DNA of 64,000 bases from Negativicutes bacterium (GCA_041666525.1 JBAYGT010000002.1:139975-203974); one strand, 5' to 3'; shown: positions 1 to 10,739, counted from the stretch's first letter. Numbers and translations are program-made. The notes: generated from the sequence alone by a model not told the origin.

Positions 1-1
1 C

Positions 2-382
2 GACCTGGGAATAAAAGCTGATTTTTATGAAAAAGATGATATTCATGTTCATTGTCCGGAAGGCGCTATTCCCAAAGACGGGCCATCTGCCGGAATAACG
101 ATGGCAACGGCGATGGCGTCGGCATTGACAGGACGAAAAATCCGTAGCGATTTGGCGATGACGGGCGAGATTACCTTGCGCGGACGAGTGCTGGCAGTTG
201 GTGGAATCAAAGAAAAAGTGTTGGCAGCGCATCATCGCGGAATTCGCACTATCATATTACCAAGAGAAAACGACAAAGATATTGAAGATATTCCTCAAGA
301 TGTTCGCAATGAAATGAATTTTGTTTTTGTAGAAAACATGGATGCGGTTTTGGAAAATGCGCTTTGCAGTGGTAGTTGTTAA
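2..382 (+). CDS. lon: ATP-dependent protease Lon, C-terminal fragment (5' end outside window)
   Basis: Frame from position 2 translates to ...[21 protein letters not shown]..., the Lon proteolytic-domain serine motif. The ORF is open to the window edge and stops with TAA at 380-382. Confidence 0.85.
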   Translation, partial: DLGIKADFYEKDDIHVHCPEGAIPKDGPSAGITMATAMASALTGRKIRSDLAMTGEITLRGRVLAVGGIKEKVLAAHHRGIRTIILPRENDKDIEDIPQDVRNEMNFVFVENMDAVLENALCSGSC

Positions 383-990
383 TGGATATCATCAAAGCTG
401 AATTTATAAAATCAGCAACGGCAGTCGCTCAATTACCAGAAGAGCCGCTAAACGAATTTGCCTTTATCGGACGATCAAATGTCGGCAAATCGTCTTTGAT
501 TAACTCACTCTGCCGACATAACGGACTGGCACGGGTGAGCGCCACGCCGGGAAAAACCGCACTGATTAACTATTTTAAGGTCACGATAAAAAACGAGAGC
601 GTACGTGAATACGTTTATTTTGTCGATTTGCCTGGCTATGGTTACGCAAAAACATCCAAGAGCAACCGTGAAACTTGGTCGGAGTTCATAAACGCCTATA
701 TTGGCAAATCAGCATGGCTAAAAACAGTTTTTTTATTGATTGATTCGCGGCGCGAGCCACAAAAACTGGATTTGGAAGCTTGCGGTTGGTTGAAAAGCGT
801 TGATCGGGAAGTAGTTTTGGTACTAACAAAAACTGATAAGCTGACCAAAAATCAACTGGCTACGAATGTACGCGCGATTATTAATGGGTTTGCTGTTGAT
901 AATGATCACATTGTAAAATATTCTACAGTAACTAAAATCGGCAGAGCTGAATTAATCAAAATGGTCTATGAAAGGATTAATCATGATTAA
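382..990 (+). CDS. engB: Ribosome-biogenesis GTP-binding protein EngB/YihA
   Basis: GRSNVGKSSLIN P-loop plus a DLPGYG switch motif. The ATG overlaps the lon stop (TAATG). lon-engB adjacency is typical of Firmicutes. Confidence 0.85.
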   Translation: MDIIKAEFIKSATAVAQLPEEPLNEFAFIGRSNVGKSSLINSLCRHNGLARVSATPGKTALINYFKVTIKNESVREYVYFVDLPGYGYAKTSKSNRETWSEFINAYIGKSAWLKTVFLLIDSRREPQKLDLEACGWLKSVDREVVLVLTKTDKLTKNQLATNVRAIINGFAVDNDHIVKYSTVTKIGRAELIKMVYERINHD

Positions 991-1873
991 ATCTTTTTCT
1001 GAAATCCGAACACTGTTGCAAAGCCGGCAACTGAAAACTGTTGCCGTTGCTGCAGCACATGACGACGCGGTGCTGCATGCAATTGATGCTGCTATCAAAG
1101 AGAAATTGACAAAATTTATTTTGTTCGGTTTGGCTGATAAAATAACAGTCATTTGCGCAAAAAACAATTATGATGTTTCAGGCTGTGAAATTATCGATTG
1201 TAGTGATGATAACGCTGCCGCGCGTGAAGCGGTGCTTGCTGTTTCTTCCGGTAAGGCTGACGCTTTAATGAAAGGTGATATGCCGACCGCGACGCTGTTA
1301 CGGGCGGTATTGGATAAAGAAATCGGTCTTCGCACCGGGCGGGTGCTCAGTCATGTTGGCGCCTTCGAATTTAGCGGCCGGATAATTATTATCACTGATG
1401 GCGGTATGATTATTAAACCGGATTTAGCAAAAAAAGTCGACATTATTACCAACAGTCTGCAAGTAACCCGGGCGCTCGGTATTGAAAGGGCAAAAATTGC
1501 CGTGTTAGCAGCAGTAGAGGTTGTCAATACGGATATGCCGTGCACACTTGATGCTGCCGCACTGACACAAATGAATCGCCGCGGGCAGATTAAGGGTTGT
1601 ATCGTTGACGGGCCGTTGGCACTGGACAACGCAATATCAATTGAAGCAGCTCAGCATAAAGGAATCGTCAGCGAGGTTGCCGGATGTGCCGATGTATTGG
1701 TGGCGCCGGACATTGAATCAGGAAATATTTTAGCAAAAGCCTTTACCTATATTGGTGGTTTGAAATTGGCCGGTTTGATCGTCGGAGCGCGCAAACCGAT
1801 AATTCTCACATCGCGTTCGGATTCTTTTGAAGCTAAATTAAATTCGATAGCTTTGGCTGTATTGGCAGGCTAA
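983..1873 (+). CDS. Phosphate butyryl/acetyl-transferase family protein (Ptb-like)
   Basis: About 297 aa with Ptb/Pta-family blocks (AAAHDD...GKADALMKGD...SHVG...ITDGG). Start chosen at the ATG that has an AAAGGA RBS 7 nt upstream. Confidence 0.7.
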   Translation: MIKSFSEIRTLLQSRQLKTVAVAAAHDDAVLHAIDAAIKEKLTKFILFGLADKITVICAKNNYDVSGCEIIDCSDDNAAAREAVLAVSSGKADALMKGDMPTATLLRAVLDKEIGLRTGRVLSHVGAFEFSGRIIIITDGGMIIKPDLAKKVDIITNSLQVTRALGIERAKIAVLAAVEVVNTDMPCTLDAAALTQMNRRGQIKGCIVDGPLALDNAISIEAAQHKGIVSEVAGCADVLVAPDIESGNILAKAFTYIGGLKLAGLIVGARKPIILTSRSDSFEAKLNSIALAVLAG

Positions 1874-1884
1874 TTATAACAAAA

Positions 1885-1912
1885 TAAGCAAACAGCAGCC
1901 GTTGGCTGTTTT
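1885..1912 (+). terminator. Putative rho-independent terminator after the ptb-like gene
   Basis: Hairpin cagcc-gtt-ggctg followed by TTTTTTGTTT. Confidence 0.45.
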
Positions 1913-1929
1913 TTGTTTCGGAGAAAAAT

Positions 1930-2799
1930 ATGTCAACAAAAATACTTTATGGAAAACCAGTCGCAGAAAAAATTTTGGCAAAGGTTCGTGAACGGGCAAA
2001 ACAGTTTGAAAGCAGAAACTCGCGAAGAATTAAATTGACAGTTATTTTAATTGGCGAGAATCCGGCATCGCAAATATATGTCAAGCGCAAGCACCAGACC
2101 TGTATTGAACATAATATCGATTCGGACGTGATAAATCTACCGGCTTCAATCGTTGAAGCCGAGTTGATTTCTTTGATCCGGATGCTGAATAAAGATAAAT
2201 CGGTGGACGGTATTTTGGTACAATTGCCATTACCGGAACATATTCGTGAGCAGGCGGTAATTTCGGCGATTGATCCAGATAAAGATGTCGATGGCTTTCA
2301 CGCGATGAATACCGGAAATCTGTTTAGCGGCTATCATTCCTTCGTTTCCTGCACCCCGGCCGGAGTCATGGAAATACTTGATTATTATGCTATAAAACCT
2401 GAGGGAAGCCATGCAGTAGTTGTGGGGCGGAGCAATATCGTCGGCAAACCGATGGCGATGCTGTTGTTAGAAGCCAATGCCACGGTTACCATTTGCCATT
2501 CTAAAACGAAAAATTTAAGTGAAATAACTAAAACTGCCGATATAGTAGTCGCGGCAATCGGTCGTCCAAATTATATTACTGCAGCGATGTTGAAACCCGG
2601 TGCCGTGGTAATCGATGTCGGTATTAACCGTTTGAACGATAAAATAGTTGGCGATTGCGATTATTCTCAGTTGTTGAATGTTGCTTCGGCGATTACACCG
2701 GTACCGGGTGGCGTCGGGGTATTGACTATTGCAATGCTTTTAAACAACACAGTCCGCGCCGCTGAGCGCTGCGGCGCTACACCCGGCTATTTGGTATAG
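1930..2799 (+). CDS. folD: Bifunctional methylene-THF dehydrogenase / methenyl-THF cyclohydrolase
   Basis: 289 aa. The N-terminal [10 protein letters not shown] and the [21 protein letters not shown] and PVPGGVG motifs are diagnostic of FolD. Confidence 0.9.
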   Translation: MSTKILYGKPVAEKILAKVRERAKQFESRNSRRIKLTVILIGENPASQIYVKRKHQTCIEHNIDSDVINLPASIVEAELISLIRMLNKDKSVDGILVQLPLPEHIREQAVISAIDPDKDVDGFHAMNTGNLFSGYHSFVSCTPAGVMEILDYYAIKPEGSHAVVVGRSNIVGKPMAMLLLEANATVTICHSKTKNLSEITKTADIVVAAIGRPNYITAAMLKPGAVVIDVGINRLNDKIVGDCDYSQLLNVASAITPVPGGVGVLTIAMLLNNTVRAAERCGATPGYLV

Positions 2800-2809
2800 G
2801 AGGGATTCT

Positions 2810-4468
2810 ATGAAATCTGATGTTGAAATTGCGCAAAGCGCTGAATTACAAGATATACGCCTGATTGCGGCAAAATTGGGAATTGTTGAAGATCAGCTGG
2901 AGCTTTATGGAAAATACAAAGCTAAAATTGATCCAAAAACCATTAAATCGAACAAACGCGGCAAATTAGTATTAGTCACAGCAATCAACCCGACTCCGGC
3001 GGGCGAGGGCAAAACTACAACGACTGTTGGTTTGGGTGATGCGTTTTGCAAACTTGGTTATAATACCGCAATCGCATTACGTGAGCCAAGCCTGGGCCCG
3101 TGTTTTGGCATGAAAGGCGGTGCTGCCGGCGGCGGCTACGCTCAAGTTGTGCCGATGGAAGATATTAATCTGCATTTTACCGGTGATATTCACGCCGTCA
3201 CCACGGCCCACAATCTGCTTGCGGCGATAATTGATAATCACATTCACCATGGTAATGAATTAAATATTGATCCGCGCCGGATTGCCTGGCGCCGGGTTAT
3301 GGACTTAAACGACCGTGCGCTCCGCAATGTGATAATCGGATTGGGCGGAAAAATCAATGGTGTGCCGCGGGAAACCGGCTTTGATATTACCGTAGCATCA
3401 GAACTAATGGCAATACTCTGCCTGGCAGCCGATCTCAGTGATTTTAAGCAACGGGTCGAGCGGATTGTCATCGGCTATACCTACGCAAATATACCGATAA
3501 CAGTAGCCGAATTAAATGTTTCCGGTGCGATAACATTATTGTTTAAAGATGCAATAAAACCAAATCTGGTGCAGACATTGGAAGGAACGCCGGCATTCAT
3601 CCATGGCGGGCCGTTTGCTAATATTGCGCATGGCTGTAATAGTCTGTCCGCCACCAATTTGGCATTGGATTTAGCAGATGTTGTTGTGACTGAAGCTGGC
3701 TTTGGCGCGGATTTAGGCGCCGAGAAATTTTTTGACATCAAGTGCCGTTATGGAAACTTGCAGCCGGATGCCGCGGTGCTCGTTGCAACAGTGCGGGCGC
3801 TTAAATCACATGGAGGCGTTGCAAAGACTGAGCTTTCCAAATCGGATGTTGTTGCGTTGCGGAAAGGTATCGGCAATTTACTTCAGCATATCGAGAATAT
3901 CAAAAAATTTGACGTACCGGTAGTTGTAGCAATAAATGCCTTTCCCACAGACACCGCCGCTGAGCTTGCTGAGTTAAAAGCAATCTGTGAACAGAATGGC
4001 GCTGGGGTAGCGCTATCAGAAGTTTGGGCAAAAGGCGGAACCGGTGGTTTAGAACTGGCACAGATGGTCGTGGCTGCCATTGAACAACCTTCACAGTTCA
4101 AGCTGCTTTATGCCGCTGAATTACCGATAAAGGCCAAAATAACGACAATTGCGCGTGAAATATATCGTGCTGATAACGTAGTTTTTACACTGCAGGCGGA
4201 AAAATCAATTCATGAATTGACTGAACTGGGTTTTGACGCATTACCGATTTGTATTGCTAAGACACAATATTCGTTTAGTGATGACGAAAAGAAAATCGGT
4301 AGTCCGCGGGATTTTTCGATAACAGTGCGTGAAATTCGCTTATCCGCCGGCGCCGGATTTATCGTTGCAATCTGTGGTAATATCATGACTATGCCCGGAT
4401 TACCTAAACGGCCGGCTGCAGAAAAAATGGATATCGATGCCAATGGCATAATTACCGGGTTGTTTTAA
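2810..4468 (+). CDS. fhs: Formate--tetrahydrofolate ligase
   Basis: 552 aa with the [18 protein letters not shown]-binding motif. TAGGAGG RBS upstream. Confidence 0.92.
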   Translation: MKSDVEIAQSAELQDIRLIAAKLGIVEDQLELYGKYKAKIDPKTIKSNKRGKLVLVTAINPTPAGEGKTTTTVGLGDAFCKLGYNTAIALREPSLGPCFGMKGGAAGGGYAQVVPMEDINLHFTGDIHAVTTAHNLLAAIIDNHIHHGNELNIDPRRIAWRRVMDLNDRALRNVIIGLGGKINGVPRETGFDITVASELMAILCLAADLSDFKQRVERIVIGYTYANIPITVAELNVSGAITLLFKDAIKPNLVQTLEGTPAFIHGGPFANIAHGCNSLSATNLALDLADVVVTEAGFGADLGAEKFFDIKCRYGNLQPDAAVLVATVRALKSHGGVAKTELSKSDVVALRKGIGNLLQHIENIKKFDVPVVVAINAFPTDTAAELAELKAICEQNGAGVALSEVWAKGGTGGLELAQMVVAAIEQPSQFKLLYAAELPIKAKITTIAREIYRADNVVFTLQAEKSIHELTELGFDALPICIAKTQYSFSDDEKKIGSPRDFSITVREIRLSAGAGFIVAICGNIMTMPGLPKRPAAEKMDIDANGIITGLF

Positions 4469-5328
4469 TGAAAATAGCTGAGTTATTTAAGCAAAAGCGT
4501 CGAATATTTTCGTTGGAGATTTTCCCGCCCAAGCCGGATGTTGAAATCAACACTGTTTATGATACAATAGACAAGTTGGCCGAACTGCCTGCTGATTTTA
4601 TTAGTGTTACTTATGGTGCATCCGGATCAACGGCAAAAACAACGGTCAATGTCGCTCAAAGAATATTAAATTACAATAAAATGTTACCTTTGCCACATTA
4701 TACTTGTATCGATACTAATCATGCGGCGGCGGATGGGTTAATTAGCAATTTTCGCAAACTGGGAATCGATAACATCTTGGCTCTGCGCGGCGATTTGCCT
4801 GAGGGCTGCCTGAATGATGGTCCGTTTCGTTATGCTACGGATTTTATTCGCTACCTGCGTGAACACTCTGAGTTATGTATCGGTGCAGCGGCTTATCCGG
4901 AAGGGCATAGCGATACAAAAAACTTAATTGCGGAAATGAATTACCTGAAAATGAAATCGGATTTTGGCGCTGATTTTTTTATCACGCAATTGTTTTTTGA
5001 TAACAGCTTTTTCTACAAGCTTCTGGAGCAGGCACAAAAGCATACCATTGCGCAGCCGATTTTGGCTGGAATAATGCCGGTATTGAATAGCAAATCGCTG
5101 CTGCGCATAATAAAGTTGAGTGGTGTCTCGGTACCGCTTAAACTATCTAAGCTAGTAGCGCGCTATGGCGACAATCCTGAAGAAATGGAAAAAGCCGGAA
5201 TTGACTATGCCGCCGGACAAATCGATGATCTCGTTGCCAATAAAGTTGCCGGAATCCATTTGTATTGTATGAACCGCCCTAATGTTGCCAAAAATATTTT
5301 CAGTCGTTGCATTCAAAGGAGCAAATGA
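4468..5328 (+). CDS. metF: 5,10-methylenetetrahydrofolate reductase, short MetF type
   Basis: 286 aa with MetF-family similarity (SLEIFPPK..., SVTYGASGS, LRGD). Its start overlaps the fhs stop (TAATG). Confidence 0.85.
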   Translation: MKIAELFKQKRRIFSLEIFPPKPDVEINTVYDTIDKLAELPADFISVTYGASGSTAKTTVNVAQRILNYNKMLPLPHYTCIDTNHAAADGLISNFRKLGIDNILALRGDLPEGCLNDGPFRYATDFIRYLREHSELCIGAAAYPEGHSDTKNLIAEMNYLKMKSDFGADFFITQLFFDNSFFYKLLEQAQKHTIAQPILAGIMPVLNSKSLLRIIKLSGVSVPLKLSKLVARYGDNPEEMEKAGIDYAAGQIDDLVANKVAGIHLYCMNRPNVAKNIFSRCIQRSK

Positions 5329-6164
5329 TGTTTAAAATTGTTACTAAACGTGCATTAAACCCCAACACTAAACTGTTCGAAATTTACGCGCCGCGGGTGG
5401 CGGCAAAAGCTCAGCCCGGACAGTTTGTCATCTTTCGTGTAGATGATGTTGATAAACGCGTGCCTTTGACAATCGCCGATTTTGATCGTGAGCGCGGTAC
5501 TATTACTATGGTTGCTTTGGAGTTGGGTGTGTCCACTAAACGATTGGGGAAAATGGAAGTGGGAGATAGTTTGGCTGATTTTGTCGGACCGCTCGGGCAT
5601 CCCACCCATCTAGAAAAATTTGGTAATGTAGTATGTGTCGGCGGTGGCACCGGAATTGCAGCGGTTTATCCGATTGCTCGTGGTATGAAGCAAACCGGCA
5701 ACCATGTAATCTCGATTATCGGCGCGCGTACCAAAGATTTATTGTTTTATGATGAAGAACTACGCGCGGTATCTGATGAGTACTTTGTTGCCAGTAACGA
5801 TGGTTCGGTCGGTCAGCAGGGTTTGGTTACCAACGTCTTGCAAGAAATTATTGATAGTGGCATGAAAATCGATTTAGTAATTGCCGTCGGTCCGGTAATT
5901 ATGATGAAAGCCATCGCTGAGCTGACGCGTGGTTATGGAATAAAGACGGTATCCAGCCTAAATCCAATTATGGTTGACGGCACCGGCATGTGTGGTTGTT
6001 GCCGGGTAATTGTTAATAATGAGACTAAATTCGCCTGCGTCGACGGACCGGAATTTGATGCACATCTGGTGGATTTCGATAATTTGATGGCGCGGTTAAA
6101 AATGTTCAATGCTCAGGAAGCAGAAATGAATGAACACGAATGTCGCATTGGATTGGATAAATAG
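5328..6164 (+). CDS. NfnA/SudB-like ferredoxin-NADP(+) reductase small subunit (FAD, [2Fe-2S])
   Basis: FAD/NAD-binding fold of the PyrK/GltD-partner family. C-terminal GMCGCCRV...C [2Fe-2S] motif. Its ATG shares a nucleotide with the metF stop (TGATG). AAGGAG RBS. Confidence 0.75.
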   Translation: MFKIVTKRALNPNTKLFEIYAPRVAAKAQPGQFVIFRVDDVDKRVPLTIADFDRERGTITMVALELGVSTKRLGKMEVGDSLADFVGPLGHPTHLEKFGNVVCVGGGTGIAAVYPIARGMKQTGNHVISIIGARTKDLLFYDEELRAVSDEYFVASNDGSVGQQGLVTNVLQEIIDSGMKIDLVIAVGPVIMMKAIAELTRGYGIKTVSSLNPIMVDGTGMCGCCRVIVNNETKFACVDGPEFDAHLVDFDNLMARLKMFNAQEAEMNEHECRIGLDK

Positions 6165-6190
6165 ACTTGTTTTGAATATTGGAGGAAGCA

Positions 6191-7570
6191 ATGGATAGAA
6201 TGAAAAAAAATCCGATGCCAGAGCAACCGGCAGCAGCCAGAGCAAAGAATTTTGACGAAGTTGCGCTTGGTTACGAATTGGAAACAGCTAAGCTAGAAGC
6301 GTCCCGTTGTTTGAAATGTAAAACTGAGCCTTGCCGGAAAGGCTGTCCGGTCGGTGTGGATATTCCAAAGTTTATTGAGTGCTTGAAGAATGGCGATATC
6401 GATAGTGCATATATTGTGTTAAAAACGGTGAATTCCTTACCAGCAGTTTGCGGCCGTGTCTGTCCGCAGGAAGTTCAGTGTGAAAAACACTGCGTTCTGG
6501 GAATAAAAGGTGAACCGGTAGCCATCGGACGCTTGGAACGGTTTGCCGCGGATAATTCGCATGCGTCAGCAGCAAAAAACTGTTCGTCAAACGGAAAAAA
6601 AGTTGCCATCGTTGGTTCCGGTCCGTCCGGATTAACGGCAGCTGGCGATTTAGCGAAACTTGGCTACGATGTGACAATTTTTGAAGCGTTGCATTTACCG
6701 GGCGGCGTGCTGATGTACGGAATCCCTGAATTTCGGTTGCCAAAATCAATTGTGCAAGCCGAAATCAACGATTTACGAGCGCTTGGCGTAAAAATCGAGA
6801 CTAATTGTGTGGTTGGTCGCACGGTTACAATTGATGAATTGATGAACGAAGAAAAGTATCAGGCAGTATTTATTGGCACCGGCGCCGGATTACCATACTT
6901 CATGCAAATACCCGGCGAGCAATTGAACGGTGTTTATTCGGCAAACGAATTTTTGACACGTAGTAATTTGATGAAAGCTTATAGTTTTCCGGAAAATCGC
7001 ACCCCGATCTATGTCGGCAAAAAAGCGGCAATTGTTGGTGGCGGAAATGTTGCTATGGATGCTGCGCGAACGGCTTTGCGTTTAGGAGCAGAAAAAGTTT
7101 ACATTGTTTATCGCCGGTCGATGGCTGAAATGCCGGCACGGATTGAAGAGGCACACCACGCAGTTGAAGAGGGTGTTGAGTTCTTGACGCTATGCGCTCC
7201 GCTTAAGATTACCGGAAACAGCAGCAACTGGGTGACCGGAATGGAATGCATCCGTATGGAACTTGGGGAACCAGACGGCTCAGGCAGATGCCGGCCAATC
7301 GTGGTTGATGGTTCGAATTTTATGCTTGATATCGATGTAGTAGTGATGGCAATAGGCCAAGGCCCGAATCCGCTAGTTCAACAGACCACCCCGCATTTAG
7401 ATACTAATAAATACGGCTACATTGTCGCGAGTGAAGAATCCGGCGCTACATCGCGGCCGGGTGTATTTGCCGGTGGCGACATTGTTACCGGCGCGGCAAC
7501 AGTCATTTTGGCGATGGGCGCGGGAAAAAATGCTGCTGTTGCAATTGACGAATATCTAAAAAAACAATAA
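6191..7570 (+). CDS. NfnB/SudA/GltD-like NADPH-dependent oxidoreductase large subunit (2x[4Fe-4S], FAD)
   Basis: N-terminal CxxCxxxC...CP cysteine cluster followed by two GxGxxG dinucleotide-binding folds (VAIVGSGPSGL, AAIVGGGNVAMD). GltD/NfnB architecture. Confidence 0.8.
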   Translation: MDRMKKNPMPEQPAAARAKNFDEVALGYELETAKLEASRCLKCKTEPCRKGCPVGVDIPKFIECLKNGDIDSAYIVLKTVNSLPAVCGRVCPQEVQCEKHCVLGIKGEPVAIGRLERFAADNSHASAAKNCSSNGKKVAIVGSGPSGLTAAGDLAKLGYDVTIFEALHLPGGVLMYGIPEFRLPKSIVQAEINDLRALGVKIETNCVVGRTVTIDELMNEEKYQAVFIGTGAGLPYFMQIPGEQLNGVYSANEFLTRSNLMKAYSFPENRTPIYVGKKAAIVGGGNVAMDAARTALRLGAEKVYIVYRRSMAEMPARIEEAHHAVEEGVEFLTLCAPLKITGNSSNWVTGMECIRMELGEPDGSGRCRPIVVDGSNFMLDIDVVVMAIGQGPNPLVQQTTPHLDTNKYGYIVASEESGATSRPGVFAGGDIVTGAATVILAMGAGKNAAVAIDEYLKKQ

Positions 7571-7582
7571 AATATCAAGTAG

Positions 7583-7613
7583 AACAAACAGGCTGCATCT
7601 GCAGCCTGTTTGT
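7583..7613 (+). terminator. Rho-independent terminator ending the folD-fhs-metF-nfnAB operon
   Basis: Perfect hairpin aaacaggctgca-tc-tgcagcctgttt followed by GTTGTTG. Confidence 0.6.
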
Positions 7614-7648
7614 TGTTGCGCAAGCGCAGGAAACGGAGTGAGAACAAT

Positions 7649-8473
7649 ATGAAGATAATGGATTGGTATGAAGCATTTAAGAACGATCAAAAGCAACACA
7701 AAATTTGTGGAAATGTAAAAATAATAAAAAACTTTCCGATAACATCACTAAAACGCAAACGGCAAGTATGGGTATATTTGCCACATGATTATGATACAGT
7801 ACCAGCTAAACGCTACCCGGTGTTATATATGAATGACGGACAAAATATGTTTGATCCGGCAACTTCTTGTTCCGGCGAGTGGTATATCGACGAAACGTTG
7901 GATATGTATGCAAAGCATGGTATTCACGACGGGGCGATAGTGGTGGCAATTGAAAACAGTGCATTGCGACAGCGTGAATATATGCCGGGAATGGAAGCCG
8001 ACAAATACGCTGAGTTTATGATTTACTCATTAAAACCATTTATCGATCTTAATTTTCGCACTTTGCCATTTCGCGAAACTACCGGTATCGGCGGCAGTTC
8101 AATGGGTGGACTTATTTCGTTATACATCGGTTTGAAATATCAGAGCATATTTGGAAAAATAGCATCATTTTCGCCGGCAATGGGTATTGGCTGGAATGAA
8201 TTGGCAAGTTTTTCACGAAAATATTCAATGAAAATATACAATGACGTCGGCACGGATGAAGTACGAAAATCCAAACGCTTATCCAAAAAATACGCTGATA
8301 ACGTAATTGCTGCCAATCGAACGCTAAAGAAAATCGGATTCAAAGAAACCGAATTGAAGTTTATATTGGAACCAGGCAGCACTCATCATGAATCAGCCTG
8401 GGCCAGACGGTTTGGTGACGCGTTCGTCTGGTTGTTTGATCAGCAGGAAATAAATGAATTTCGCAACCAATAA
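7649..8473 (+). CDS. Putative esterase (alpha/beta hydrolase, enterochelin/acetyl-esterase-like)
   Basis: GGSSMGG nucleophile-elbow motif with the pattern typical of PF00756-type esterases. Start chosen at MKIMDWYE, which follows GGAG. Confidence 0.6.
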   Translation: MKIMDWYEAFKNDQKQHKICGNVKIIKNFPITSLKRKRQVWVYLPHDYDTVPAKRYPVLYMNDGQNMFDPATSCSGEWYIDETLDMYAKHGIHDGAIVVAIENSALRQREYMPGMEADKYAEFMIYSLKPFIDLNFRTLPFRETTGIGGSSMGGLISLYIGLKYQSIFGKIASFSPAMGIGWNELASFSRKYSMKIYNDVGTDEVRKSKRLSKKYADNVIAANRTLKKIGFKETELKFILEPGSTHHESAWARRFGDAFVWLFDQQEINEFRNQ

Positions 8474-8565
8474 TGTTTCATAAAATAAAGGATTTTTTGC
8501 TTTCATGTCGAATAAAACTATATAAAACATGTTGAGCAAATATATTTGTTTTGATTAGGAATTTT

Positions 8566-9519
8566 ATGAATAAACTATCATTAGTCAATTCGCCGACGCC
8601 ACTGCAGTTTCTGGATAATTTAAGCTCAGCACTTGACGTGGAAATTTGGATCAAACGCGATGACCTTACCGGCGATTTTATGCTGGGGGGAAACAAATTA
8701 AGAAAATTTGAATATATTTTTGCGGATGCGTTGAAAAATGGTGCTGACACATTAATATTTGCTGGCGGTCCGCAATCAAATATGATCCGCGCGGGGATAG
8801 CGCTTGCTAATCGCCTGGGTCTGCGTAGTGTTGCCGCGTATATGTGCGAAAAACCAGAATCGTGTGAATTAACGGCTAACCGGCTGTTAAATTCATTTTC
8901 GGATATCACTGTCGAATATCTGGGGAAGCTAGCTTTAGAAGAGTTGCCCACGACACTGAAAAAACTCAAAATTCATTTGCAATCACTTGGCAGACGACCT
9001 TACGTTGTGCCGTTGGGGGCGTCGACGCCTTTGACAGTAAGTGGATATATCGATGCGGTACAGGAAGTAAATGAACAAGAGCATATAAAATGTTTTGATG
9101 CGCACTATCTGGCTGTCGGTTCGGCGGGCACTTATGCCGGGGTGGCGGTTGGTTTGGAAAAGCATGGTTGCATCGATCGACTGCGGGGAATATCTGTTTT
9201 GGCAACTAGCCAGATCGCTGCTCAACTTATCAACAATTTAATCAATTCGTATTCAAAACATCATTGCCTGGACTCAGACATTAACGACAAATTTATCGGC
9301 GCAGGTTATGGCGTACCGACCAGCGATGGGTTGACTGCGTTGCGCACATTGTTGAACAGCGAGGGAATAATGCTCGATCACGTTTATACCGCAAAAACTT
9401 TCGCAGCATTGTTGGATGATGTTAAAACCGGATTAATCCCCAAAGCCGGACGGGTTCTGTTTTGGCACACCGGCGGCACCAGCGGACTATTTGCACTAAA
9501 TAGTGCTAATATTATTTAG
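8566..9519 (+). CDS. PLP-dependent D-cysteine desulfhydrase / ACC deaminase family protein
   Basis: Similarity to the 1-aminocyclopropane-1-carboxylate deaminase / D-cysteine desulfhydrase family (GGNKLRKFEY block containing the PLP lysine, SAGT, and a C-terminal HTGG). Confidence 0.65.
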   Translation: MNKLSLVNSPTPLQFLDNLSSALDVEIWIKRDDLTGDFMLGGNKLRKFEYIFADALKNGADTLIFAGGPQSNMIRAGIALANRLGLRSVAAYMCEKPESCELTANRLLNSFSDITVEYLGKLALEELPTTLKKLKIHLQSLGRRPYVVPLGASTPLTVSGYIDAVQEVNEQEHIKCFDAHYLAVGSAGTYAGVAVGLEKHGCIDRLRGISVLATSQIAAQLINNLINSYSKHHCLDSDINDKFIGAGYGVPTSDGLTALRTLLNSEGIMLDHVYTAKTFAALLDDVKTGLIPKAGRVLFWHTGGTSGLFALNSANII

Positions 9520-9549
9520 TTGAAATGATTATTTCGAAAGGATGATGTG

Positions 9550-10710
9550 ATGATTACTCATGAATTAAAGCGTAAATTCATTGCGTTGTTTGGCGAGAGT
9601 GACTTGCCATTATTGGAATATTTTTCTCCTGGACGAATTAATTTGATTGGTGAACACATCGATTATAATGGCGGATTTGTTTTTCCGGCAGCGTTGACTC
9701 TTGGAATAACAGCAGTTGTTCGCAGGCGTTCTGACAAACAAATTATCATGAATTCGCTTAACGCGGAAGGACAAGTAGTCATTAGCACCAATGCGCCGGT
9801 TGTATATGACGAAAAAGACGGTTGGGGAAATTATCCCAAAGGCGTGCTGCAATTATTAATTAATCGCGGCATGAATATTGGCGGTTGCGAGATTTTGTTT
9901 AGCAGTACCTTGCCAGACGGCGCCGGACTTTCTTCTTCAGCCGCAATTGAGACATTGACTTACTATATTATCTGCTCATTAGCCAGTACAGAAATTGATG
10001 CCGTGCAAATGGCTAAAGATTGCAGACAAGTTGAAAACAATTTTATCAAAGTTAATTGTGGAATTATGGATCAATTTACCGTAGCAATGGGCAGAGCGAA
10101 TCGGGCGATTTTGTTGGATTGTGCGACCATTGAATATCAATACGTACCATTAACGCTAGGCGACTATAGCTTGGTTATTATGAATACCAACAAACGCCGT
10201 GAACTCGCTGATTCAAAATACAATGAACGCCGCACTGAGTGTGATGCCGCACTGGATTGCATTCGAAAACGGGATGGCTCGATTGCCAACCTCTGCCAGG
10301 CTACGCCGGATTTGGCGCTGAAATCAATTATTGATCCGGTTCTCAGGAAACGGGCATTGCACGCAATATCGGAAAATGCGCGGGTGCTTGACGCAGTTGA
10401 AGCGCTAAAGGCAAACAATCTGGCACATTTTGGCGATTTATTAAATGCTTCGCATCAATCGCTCAAGGATTATTACCAAGTAACTGGCGTTGAGTTGGAT
10501 ACTATTGTGGAAGAAGCATTAAACCGCGGCGAGTGTATTGGCGCGCGAATGACCGGCGCCGGATTTGGCGGCTGCGCAATCGCGTTGGTCAGAACTGTTG
10601 CATTAGACGAATTTGTTTCGGTGGTCGGCGCTAATTATCTTCAACGAACCGGATTGAAAGCGGACTTTTATATATCGACAATTGGCGATGGTACCAGGTT
10701 TGTTAGTTGA
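9550..10710 (+). CDS. galK: Galactokinase
   Basis: GRINLIGEHIDYNGG signature plus the GHMP-kinase motif PDGAGLSSSAA. Confidence 0.88.
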   Translation: MITHELKRKFIALFGESDLPLLEYFSPGRINLIGEHIDYNGGFVFPAALTLGITAVVRRRSDKQIIMNSLNAEGQVVISTNAPVVYDEKDGWGNYPKGVLQLLINRGMNIGGCEILFSSTLPDGAGLSSSAAIETLTYYIICSLASTEIDAVQMAKDCRQVENNFIKVNCGIMDQFTVAMGRANRAILLDCATIEYQYVPLTLGDYSLVIMNTNKRRELADSKYNERRTECDAALDCIRKRDGSIANLCQATPDLALKSIIDPVLRKRALHAISENARVLDAVEALKANNLAHFGDLLNASHQSLKDYYQVTGVELDTIVEEALNRGECIGARMTGAGFGGCAIALVRTVALDEFVSVVGANYLQRTGLKADFYISTIGDGTRFVS

Positions 10711-10739
10711 CGCAATAAACAGATATTAGTGAGGGAAAT

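Noticed and set aside
6372-6749. 125-aa antisense ORF inside nfnB, and the many other 60-130-aa antisense ORFs listed in the track
   Set aside because: They lie entirely within well-supported genes on the opposite strand, lack RBSs and have Arg/Ser/Pro-rich compositions typical of antisense frames.
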